Source: the human T2T-CHM13v2.0 reference genome, Homo sapiens. Taken from it: a stretch of DNA of 64,000 nt. Numbering within the stretch: the stretch's first letter is position 1; each line of letters begins with the position of its first letter. The notes beneath the pieces are model-generated. The model saw only the letters and a list, made by a program, of their open reading frames with translations, was not told where the DNA came from and searched no databases. Below, in pieces: positions 50,753 through 64,000 of the stretch. The stretch is from contig CP068257.2 in NCBI GenBank assembly GCA_009914755.4, positions 35,328,001-35,392,000 on the forward strand, in the 5' to 3' direction. The position numbers were made by a program, and so were the translations under genes.

Positions 50753-51028
50753 GAGATGGAGTCTCGCTCTGTCAGGCTGGAGTAGTGCAGTGGTGCAATC
50801 TTGGCTCACTGCAACCTCTGCCTCCCGGGTTCAAGCAATTCTGCCTCAGCCTCCTGAGTAGCTGGGATTACAGGTGTGCACCACCACGCCTGGCTAATTT
50901 TTATATTTTTAGTAGAGACAGGGTTTCACCATGTTGGCCAGGATGTTGTCAATCTCCTGACCTCATGATCCACCCACCTCAGCCTCCCAAAGTGCTGGGA
51001 TTACAGGCGTGAGCCACCGCACCCAGCC
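50748..51028 (-). mobile_element. Alu SINE
   Basis: (TTTTG)n/poly-T, then rc-Alu. TSD is gatgactgtttt / gatgacttttt. Confidence 0.9.
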
Positions 51029-51720
51029 TGGATGACTTTTTAACCATGTGTTTGTGATCTTCTCCATGGCCTCTGCTGCTCAGCTTATTAATAGGTTGGT
51101 TGGCCATCTACAATTTATCTTTCATGTCTTTCCCCCAGAAAGCCAGTGTACCTGTGATGGGAGATCAATCCTGACAGCTCACAGAACGAGTCTGGTCTTC
51201 TGTGGAGCACACCTGCTAAGTCCCAGACTCTGCAGCAAGCCTGGCTGGCTTCACATCACACTCCTGATCTTCGGGGTGACTTTGAAGTAATGATTGAGCT
51301 TCTCTATGACTTGGTTTCCTCTCCTCAAAATATGGATAACCTACTTTCTCTCTTACATGCTTATTGTCAGGACTGAGTAAATTAAAATCCACAAACCACA
51401 GTCCTGGCACACAGTACATGCTCAATAAATGTTAAAGTTATAGTTACTACAGTAGCTATTATTAATGCAGTGGACATGTCTCCGCCTCAGCTTCCATTAT
51501 CTTGTCTGCAAAATGAAAAGATGAACCAGGAATGAGACTGAAGTTCTCTTCTAGCTCTGAGATCTGTAGGTCTGGCTTTCCTGATTTGCTTTGTCCATTT
51601 TTTTTTCCCACATGGCACTGTATGTGCCCAGGCAATATGTAACGAATAGGAGTTTCTTCTGTTTTCCTATAGAAACAACTAGAAGAGTGAATCTCATTAC
51701 ATTGACAAACTCAGGGACCA

Positions 51721-52008
51721 GGCCAGGCGCGGTGGCTCACACCTGTAATCCCAGCACTTTGGGAGGCCGAGGTGGATGGATCACTTGAGGCCAGGAGTTT
51801 GAGACCAGCCTGTGCAACATGGTGAAACCCCGTCTCTACTGAAAAGACAAAAATAGCCAGGTGTGGTGGTGCGCACCTGTAGTCCCAGCTACTCAGGAGG
51901 CTGAGGCAGGAGAATAGCTTGAACCAGGAGATGGAGGTTGCAGTGAGCTGAGACCACAGCACTGCACACCAGTCTGGGCAACAGAGTGAAACTACGGCTC
52001 AAAAAAAA
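51721..52008 (+). mobile_element. Alu SINE
   Basis: Starts ggccaggcgcggtggctcacacc and ends …actacggctcaaaaaaaaa. Confidence 0.9.
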
Positions 52009-52736
52009 ATGACCACACACTGGGCGGTTTACAACAACAGCAGTGTCTTGTCTCACAGCTCTGGGGCCTGAAGTCTGAAACCCAGGTGCCTGCAGCGTTG
52101 TTTCCTTGAAGAGGCTCTCGGGGAGAATCAGTCCCATGCCCCTCTCCCTCTCCTTGCATCTGATGTTGCCAGCAGACCTTGTGTTCCTTGGCTCCTAGAG
52201 GCTTCACTCCAGTCTCTGTGTCTGTCTTCTCATGGCTGTCTTCTCCGTGTGTCTCTGTGTTTCCAATCTCCTTCCGCCTTTTTCTTATGAGGACGCCTGT
52301 CATTGGATTTAGGTTCCACCCTGTGTTAGTCTGTTTTGTGCTGCTGTAATACAATGCCAGAGACTAGGTAATGATAAAAAAAAAAAAAAAGGAAATGGAT
52401 TTCATACAATTCTAGAGGCTAGGAAGCCCAAGGTCAAGGCACTGGTAGGATTGGTGTCTGGTGAGGGCCTGGTCTCTGCTTCCAAGATGGTGCCTTGAAT
52501 ACGGGGAGGAACGCTGTTCCTTACAAAGCAAAAGGGTATAAGAGTGAGAACCCACTCCTGACAGCCTTTTTTTTAAGGGCATTAAACCCATCCATGAGGG
52601 CAGAACTCTCATGGCCTAATCACCTGTTAAAGGCCCCACCTCCCAATACCATTACATTGAAAATTAAATTTCAACAACAGTTTGGGAGAGGACAAATATC
52701 CAATCCATAGTACACCCTAAATCCAGAATGATCTCC

Positions 52737-52800
52737 TCTCAAGATCCCTGCTACCACCTCCTTCTCCTCCTTCTCCTCCTCCTCTTCCTTCTCCTCCTTC
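52737..52800. repeat. (CTCCTT)n / CT-rich simple repeat
   Basis: The repeat ctcctctcaagatccctgctaccacctccttctcctccttctcctcctcctcttccttctcctccttctgcttctt is read directly. Confidence 0.8.
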
Positions 52801-52813
52801 TGCTTCTTATTGT

Positions 52814-52972
52814 TGTTATTTTAGAGACAGGGTCTTGCTTTACCTCCCAAGCTAGAGTGCAGTGGTGCGATCATAGCTTACTGCAGCCTCCAACCCCTGG
52901 GCTCAAGTGATCCTTCCACCTCAGCCTCCCGAGTAGCTGGGACTACAGTTGTGTACCAACATGCCTGGCTAG
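52814..52972 (-). mobile_element. Alu right-arm fragment
   Basis: The sequence is gagacagggtcttgctttacctcccaagctagagtgcagtggtgcgatcatagcttactgcagcctcc…gcctcccgagtagctgggactacag. Confidence 0.75.
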
Positions 52973-53374
52973 GAGTCTCTAATTTAATTGCATCTGCCAA
53001 GCCTCTTTTTCCAAGTAAGGTCACATTCACAGGTTCTGGGGGGCAGGGCTTAGACATAGATTTTTGGGGGCCACTGCTTAATGTACTGTAGGAGGGCCAC
53101 ATCCTGTGTACTACAGGGACAGCCTGAGGTGAGATTCTGCTACCTACCACGTGCCACCTGTGGATAAAACTTTCTGCTTTCCGTGTTTTCTCATGGTGGG
53201 TGTTAGCTCAAAGTACATAATTAAATTGGACGACTCCATAGTACTTCTTCATTTTCTTCTGAAGCTAGCTGAGCAGTGACTGAAACAGAGGAAACCCCTG
53301 CCCTCATGGAACTGACACACTCCTAGGAAAGGCAGACAACAAGTAAAACAAATAGGTAAGAGACAGTAGGACAG

Positions 53375-53704
<330 letters not shown>

Positions 53705-54084
53705 TTATGTTAAATGTAATGGAGAAAACTGAAGCAGGGAAGGAGGCTAGGGAATGCCACGGTACACGTGTCTTTGTGAGTGTGAAGGAGAGAGAGGCTT
53801 TAAACAGGTGTCCAGAGAAGGCGTCATCCCCGGAGGAGATCGGAGTCAGACCTGAAGGAGGTGAGGTGGCAGGCCATGCAGACGTCTGGAAGGACAGTGT
53901 TGCAGGCAGAGGCCCTGAGACATGAATGTGCCTGGGAGGCTCCCAGGCCAGAAACAGTCCAGAGGGAAGGGGGTCTGTGGGGAGTGGGGTAGGGAAGGTA
54001 AAGCCAGGGCTATAGATGGTTCCAGCTTCCAGACATCAGTCATGGCATGGTTAAGCTAGGGATGTCTGCAGTCATGCAGAAACG

Positions 54085-54590
<506 letters not shown>

Positions 54591-55162
54591 TTTTTTTCCC
54601 GAAAGCTAACGTGGGCCTTAACATAAGGATTCAAAAACAGGTATATTTCACCTAACAATTCTATTTCTGAGAATATATCCAAAAGAACTGACAGCAGGTG
54701 CTTGAAGGAATGGTGTTCATAGTGCATTATTCACAACAGCCAGAAGGTGGAAGCAACTCAAGTGTCCATCTACTGAGGATGAATGGATAAACAAAATGTG
54801 GTCTCTGCACACAAGGGAATATTACTCAGCCTGAAAAAGGAAAGAAATTCTAAGCTATACTACAATATGGATGAACCTTATGGGTATTATGCTGAGTGCA
54901 ATAAATCCGCCAAGAAAGGCAAATACTCACAGATTCCACTTATATGAGGTACCTATAATTCTCAAACTCACGAGGACAGAAAGAATGGTGGCTGCCAGGG
55001 CCTGGCAAAGGGGGAAGTGGGAAGTTACTGTTGAAGAGTTTCAGCTTTGCAAGATGAAGAGTTCTCTGGGTAGATGGTGGTGATGGGAGCACAGCAGCAT
55101 GAGTGTACCTAATGCTGCTAAACTGTGCACCTCAAATGGTAAAGATGCTAGATTCCATGTTA

Positions 55163-55675
<513 letters not shown>

Positions 55676-56644
55676 TTAGGAGCAGATAACAGGAAATACG
55701 GTCTAACTAAACAGAAGAAAAGGAAATTATCATTTCCCTGCTTGTCTTCAGCACTGTTTATGTAAAAATATTCTGACCTCTTAGATGTTCTGAGTTTTGG
55801 GATCCTCTTCCTAGGCAGGCCGGAAACCTTCAGGGCTGACATCTTTACTTTTTGTTTCCAGGCAACAGTGGAGAGTCAGCATATGAAAAAGAATTTTTAA
55901 TTAAAGACAGCAGGAGAAGAAATAGAATCTCCATTTTATTTAACTCCCGGGCAGAGAGGGTTTCACACACTTGAAGTTCAGCAATTTTTCCCAGTTTATA
56001 AGCCAGGGGCCTAATTAAGTTTCTTAAGATTTCTACCCCTTCCCCAAATTACTTCCTCTATTATAAAGACCTCCCATGGACTCAAACAAAGTTTAAGAAA
56101 TAGTTTAAAATACTTGGTAACACAAAAGGTCTTTGAATTCCCAACTACCTCAATGGCAATTTATTTTGTTCACTGTATTTTAATTCCTGCACCTGCAAAA
56201 GAAAAACTAAAAAACAAACAAACAAAAAACTCTCATTTTACATTACCAGTAAATTTATTTTTCATTAAACACATTTTCAACAAAAACACGCATAATTATG
56301 GATTTTAATTATGGTTTATGTAGCTACATTCTACCTCCCCGAGGACAGATTATCCACATAAATTATTTGGAATTCTTCTACTAAGGAAATTTGTCTATTC
56401 TCCCCATATTTTCAATTATTCAATATTTACTGATATCAATATAAGCTCAAGAGTATTTATTTTATACCTCGAGTTATAAACAAATATTACTTTATTTTGT
56501 TGCTCAAATTGTCCCAGCTTTGGCCATGGTGGTCTTATATTGTACTTGGCCGAAGGAAAAAAAAAAAGAGAGAGAAAATAGACTGTCTACTGCCTGCAGG
56601 TGCTGAGTTTGGTCTTTTTGCTCTTTAAATTTATTTTTATTTTA

Positions 56645-57300
<656 letters not shown>

Positions 57301-58113
57301 GTGGCATTCACTTTCTACAGCCCAGGTATCTGACAGGAACTCGAGTCCTGCTTCTCTGTACCAGTTACTTAACCTCTGGGAAGTCCAGTTTCTTAATCTG
57401 TAAACTGAGGATAATGCCTGATTTGCAGGGTTAGAGGGAGGATTATAAATTAATGTATGCTCCAGAAAAGACCAAATGATTCTACCTCTGTGAGGTGCCT
57501 GGAATGGTCAAATGCATAGATACAGAAAGCGGAATGGTGGTTACCAATGGCAGGGGGTGGGGAATGAGGAGTTACTGTTTCACGGGTACAGAGTTTGGTT
57601 TGGGATGATGAAAAAGTTCTGGAGATGGGGGGCCGGTTGCACAACAATGTGAGTGGATTTATTGCCACTGAATTGTACATTTGAAAATGGTTAAAATGGT
57701 AAATTTTATGTTATGTACCTTTTGCCACAATAAAAAGTAATATATTCATTGTTGAAAATTTAGAAAACAAGTTTTAAAGCCCCTCCAAATCTTTGGTAAT
57801 GTCAGCACTCAGCAGGCACTTCTGTTTTATTTGTAGCCTTTGAATATATAGTTCACATCCTATGCATACAGTTTTGTTCTTTCCACATGGTCATGTTTTT
57901 CCTATGCTGTCCAAAACTCTGTAAACATATTTTTATTAACTGCATACTATTCTACCGTCATTTGTTTAATCATTGCCATATTTTTGGACATAGTTTTTCA
58001 ACAGTGTAAGCAGCGCTCTCTGATTAAATACATCTTCATTCCCATTTCAGAATACATCTACAGTATAGACACAAGTAGAATTACTGGGACAAAAGGTGAA
58101 CTTTCATTTTTGT

Positions 58114-58925
<812 letters not shown>

Positions 58926-59136
58926 CAGTGTTCTTGTAAAACCCCATTCTGCATTTAGATTAAATATGGTACCTTATTGTTGCAATATGGCCCACTAATG
59001 TTCTTTGCCTCCTTCTAGCCTCCTCCCATTAATTCCCCCCTCTTAAATGTTTGCCTTTATTTAGATTTAATTATTGTTGCTCAAAATCTTAATTAAAAAA
59101 ATGTGAAAACACTTTAATGTCTGAAGTTCTTCGATT

Positions 59137-59757
<621 letters not shown>

Positions 59758-59799
59758 TAGTTCTTCGATTTTTTAACATCCATCACAGTAACTTAAATT

Positions 59800-61400
59800 A
59801 TATAAAGTAACTACCCCTGAGGAGCCCGGGGTAGTTGAAGGCCCTCCAGCGCCTTCGGTGTTCTGTCGCAGTGCTCTACGTGTGAAACCGCTTTCTCCCA
59901 CCCTGGCCGTGCGCTGGTGATGGTGGCAGCGGCGCTCCAGCGACGCCCGGGGAAGTGTCCCCAGGGTCGGGCAAGGTCGCTTCTGCTGGTCGGGAGGCCC
60001 TTTCTAAGCCTGGCTGGGGCTAACCGAAGGAGAAGCCCGCCGCTCCAGGCTTTATTAAAAATTCGCATTCTTTCCAAGGCCGCCATCGGTGGGAAGGGTG
60101 CGCTCGTAGCACCCCTCTTGCTCGGTTCCATTCCTGGCCTTCTGTCTCCTGGAAGGGTCGCCGCGCCCCACCCCACCCGCTTCGCCACGGGTTCGAGCCC
60201 TGGCGTCGGGGCGTCCGGGAGCCCACTGTCCAGCACCGAAGGCAAGGCCGGTGCACGCGGACCCGAGGATTCGGTAGATGTCCCCGAAGACCCGCTGCCG
60301 CTCTAAGGCGGTGGAAGCGAGATTCTCCGGAAACCCAGGGAATCCGATGCTCGCACAGGACCAAAGCCCGAGGCCGCGGGGACCACAGAGGGACGGAGAA
60401 GCCGGGACTCCTCACATCCCACATCCGGCAGGGGAAGCCCAGCAGGTGAGCGCAGGTCCCCCCAGTCCCCGAGGGAGTGCGCCCGACGGAAACGCCCCTA
60501 GCCCGCGGGCCTCGCTTTCCTCTCCCGGGTTCCTGGGTCACTTCCCGCTGTCTCCAGCCCGAGCTCGTGGCCCCAATCCCTGGTACCTCCATCCTCTGGT
60601 CACCCCTTCTCTGGTGCCCCCTCCCCGACTTTTCTTTGTCCCGTCCCCACCCTTGCCCGGGCCTGCCGGACCCCCCTCCTTGACACCCGGCGCCACCTCC
60701 TTGAGCTTTTCTCGTCTCCTCCCCATCCCCGGCTCCCTGGTCCCCTCCCGGAACTTCTCTGGTCCCCTCCGCTCCTCCGACCCGGGCTTTTCCTTCGTAC
60801 CCTGCGGCCCCCTCCGCACCCCTCACGGAGCTCCTCGGGTCCTGCCCCCTCCCAGCGCTTGCCCGCGCCGCCCCGCCCCCGTTTTTAAACCTGGCGCGCG
60901 GGTAGGTGAGCGCGTTAGCCCGAGTGGATCTAGGCGCGCTCGTAGGCCGGCGCCGCAGCAAGGGGCGCGGGCTCCGCCGGCACCATGGAGCCCGAAGCGG
61001 CGGCCGGAGCCCGGAAGGCGCGGGGGCGCGGCTGTCACTGCCCCGGGGACGCTCCCTGGAGGCCTCCGCCACCGCGCGGGCCGGAGAGGTGAGGGTGGCC
61101 CCGCGCCCCGGTGGACGCGCTGAGAGGCGTGCGCGGTGGCGGTGCGGGGAGCGCAGCGAGCGGGAGGCTGGGGCGCTGCTGAACCCCCGATCCCCAGCGG
61201 AGCTCCGGAGCTCGACGGCGACGCCAAGCAAGCTCCTGAGCCGGCAGCCGGGTTCCCGGGAGGGGCGCTCAGTTCTCCGGTTCCAACGCACAGCTCTGAA
61301 GTGCGGAGGCCCAGGATGTAGCTGGCCAGGAAAGGGGCCGACGCTTCCGTGTAGAGGAGATCTCAGTTAGCCAGCCGGGGACACTGCAGTCTCGGGCTCC
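59800..61400. promoter_or_regulatory. CpG island (largest in window; probable promoter / first exon)
   Basis: About 1.6 kb with extreme GC and CpG density and no repeats. Contains an ATG in perfect Kozak context followed by a GTGAGG donor. Confidence 0.8.
60985..61088 (+). CDS. Candidate first coding exon (ATG to donor) of an unidentified gene
   Basis: The sequence gccggcaccATGGag encodes [34 protein letters not shown]. It ends at gag|GTGAGGgtgg. It is too short to appear in the 60-aa ORF track. Confidence 0.3.
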
Positions 61401-61608
61401 TAAGCCAGCCTTGCAAAGGCAATCTCTCACCTTGCTACTTTCTCGGTAGCCGTTTCTGTTGTCCCTGGATTGGGGGCTCGGCGTTCGCTGTCCCTGGGCA
61501 CCAACCCTTTTAAAGACAGTAACGTTGTAGGAAATCAAATTAGCCAGGGAGGTAGGGAAGGGACCGGGTAGGCCGGATGGGCCAGGTAGCCAGGCAGGAG
61601 AAAGATTC

Positions 61609-61919
61609 CCTCTTTTTTTTTTTTTTTTTTTTTTTTTGAGACAGGGTCTCACTGTGTCGCCCAGGCTGGAGTGCAATGGCGTGATCTCGGCTCACGGGAA
61701 CCTCCGCCTCCCGGGTTCAAGCGATTTTCCTGCCTCAGCCTCCTGAGTAGCAGGGATTACACGCGCCTGCCACCACGCCCGGCTAATTTTTGTATTTTTA
61801 GTAGAGACTGGGTTTCGCCATGTTGGCCAGGCTGGTCTCGAACTCCTGACCTCGAGTGATCCAGTAACCTCAGCCTCCCAAAGTGCTGGGATTACAGGTG
61901 TGAGCCACCGCGCCCAGCC
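61609..61919 (-). mobile_element. Alu SINE
   Basis: A 25-nt poly-T, then rc-Alu (gagacagggtctcactgtgtcgcccaggctggagtgcaatggcgtgatctcggctcac…ggtgtgagccaccgcgcccagcc). Confidence 0.93.
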
Positions 61920-62687
61920 CCCTTTTTTTGTTTGTTTGTTTTTCATCCTACAACTCTGTAAAATCATCTCTGTAGAATCAATCTCCTTCCGTGACCAAGG
62001 TGGTGTGATTGAAATTAACCGGGGACAAAGTAGACAGCTATAGTTGGGGAACCCCGAATTGAACAATTCAGCCAGGATTTGCAGGGAGAGAAATCTCTCA
62101 ACTAATGGGTTCCCTGATAATTGTGTGAGATTCGGGACCTCCCTTCTCAAAGCTTAACTGGAGACAGAGAACTGGGGACGTAGCAGGAGAGAAAAAACAC
62201 AAATGACAGTAATTTATCCACAGCCCTGAGAACTCCAGGGAAAGTTCCTGGGGGGTCCGGTGCCTCTTTTTCAGGCAGACACTGGAACTAAGAATAGCTC
62301 TCATGGCATAGTTTGAAGGCAGCAGAAGTGCCCAGGGTTCACTCTCTCCTGGCGCTTGCCGTTCCAGCCCCGCGCCGTGGCGACCTTGGATCCAGACACC
62401 TGGAGATGCTGAGCTGACCAGAACTGGAAGGCCGGTAAGGTTCAGTGCGGGCGTTGTAGGTAACCCTTCCAGCCAGAAAGTGGCATCGTCTTTTAAAATA
62501 CAGGGACCGTGAATGGCCTTCTGCGCAGGGCCGTCCCTTGGGCGTCTAACCCAGGAGCGCCTCGGGGTCTGGGAGTTGGAACCTGAATGAGTAAGGTGTT
62601 AATCAGACCTGACTCGCATTATAGATTGGGCTCCTGGTGGCTTCTCCTTCCTAAAAAAGCATACCCACTATAAAAGCATAATCGTAG

Positions 62688-62990
<303 letters not shown>

Positions 62991-64000
62991 CCGTAGTCGT
63001 TTCATGGGAATTATAAGGAATGTCCTCCCTGTTGCGGTTTCTTCTGCAAAGCAACAGGTCGGGAGGGGAGGGGAGAGGCTGCCACTATCGCTTGCCTTGG
63101 AGAAAAGCTTAGAGCACCATTAGCGTTGGGCCGGTGCCACAGAGCAAATAGGACTGAGCCCCATCTGAGGTGCCCAGAGTTGCCGTTAAAAGCCCCCACC
63201 CCGCGTCTGGCCCTTTCTGAAGCACTTTCAGCCCCGTCAAGCACTCCTGGGGTATCTCATGTTGTCTGAGCAAATACACTCAAGCAGAGGGCTTTGTGGG
63301 CAAGATTAATGACCTCCACCATTCTTTTGTTACTCTGCATTGGTAACTCAGTTGCTTTATACTTACTGATGTACTGACTTGCTTTCATAGAATTTACCTT
63401 TCCTTTGTTACATTTTAAAATATAAATTGATGACTTTTACTTAATTTTTTTTTTTTTGATGACTCTTAAAACACTGAAGAATTAGGCTGGGAAAGACCAT
63501 GTATTGAATTTACGTAACACGTGTTATATGGACTAACGTGCAGTTATTTGTAATATGGTAAGAAAACTTGATTGTGGGAAAACAGACCTTCACCGTATTT
63601 TGATATTTACACGACTTTATTAAATTAATCTGAATATTGGGAATTTTAATTTACTTCAAAGAAGGAAGCAGATAAAAGATAAATCAATTAACAAGAGATG
63701 ATTTTTAGTCCCCGATTATTTATACATATATCTAAATAATGTAAAATCCCTTCTTTTGCATTCAAACTTAGTTCTTAAACATAAAATTTAAAGGTGCTTG
63801 TGTGAGAATATAGATGTTTACAATTATCCAGTTTTCTTTTAAATGAAATGGATGTGGAGCCTATCAGTTTCTTGCAGGAATAAAAATACGATAGCACGCT
63901 CCCTAAGTAAGACAGATGGTTTTGGGTTTTGTTTTCTGTTTTGATAAGGCCGTTTGTGAGAAAAATTTACTTGCAGAGAAATGTTAAACGTTAACTTTCT

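Noticed and set aside
52371-52392. Isolated 20-nt poly-A.
   Set aside because: There is no recognisable retroposed body upstream. It is probably the remnant tail of a decayed SINE.
60020-61291. A 423-aa minus ORF plus 281-aa, 154-aa and 134-aa ORFs in the 60-61 kb CpG island.
   Set aside because: Extreme R/G/P/A composition with no domain-like stretches. All six frames stay open here, which indicates a compositional artefact rather than real overlapping genes.

Overview
This window is primate (human-like) nuclear DNA, not prokaryotic. Interspersed repeats dominate it: about 60 Alu SINEs or Alu fragments, roughly a third of the window. Many Alus sit in tandem or nested arrangements, with readable poly-A/poly-T tails and target-site duplications (TSDs). 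Other repeats are an old Tigger1-like DNA transposon that hosts four Alu insertions (about 7986-10318), three MaLR-type LTRs (about 11285-11668, 28640-29110 and 40215-40565), a LINE-1 3' end (about 38395-39045), several MIR fragments and simple repeats. Unique sequence includes four strong CpG islands (about 20280-21400, 34760-35290, 43880-44900 and 59800-61400). They look like promoters or first exons of unidentified genes. One is adjacent to a TATA box and an exon-like segment ending in a GTAAGT donor. A fifth, smaller GC-rich block is the 5' end of the pseudogene. The only protein homology I recognise with confidence is a diverged processed pseudogene of mitochondrial ribosomal protein L20 (MRPL20) at about 48778-49478. 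It has a frameshift, has lost its ATG, and carries a poly-A tail and a 15-bp TSD. The six-frame ORF track is essentially uninformative. Almost every ORF is a translation of Alu sequence (recurring [24 protein letters not shown] and [18 protein letters not shown] peptides) or of stop-poor GC-rich CpG-island DNA. Several ORFs start at GTG or TTG. I find no operon-like structure, defense system, CRISPR array or RNA gene that I can support. The items worth a second look are the candidate first exons, the pseudogene, and several unusually clean nested-Alu insertion sites sharing triplicated TSDs.
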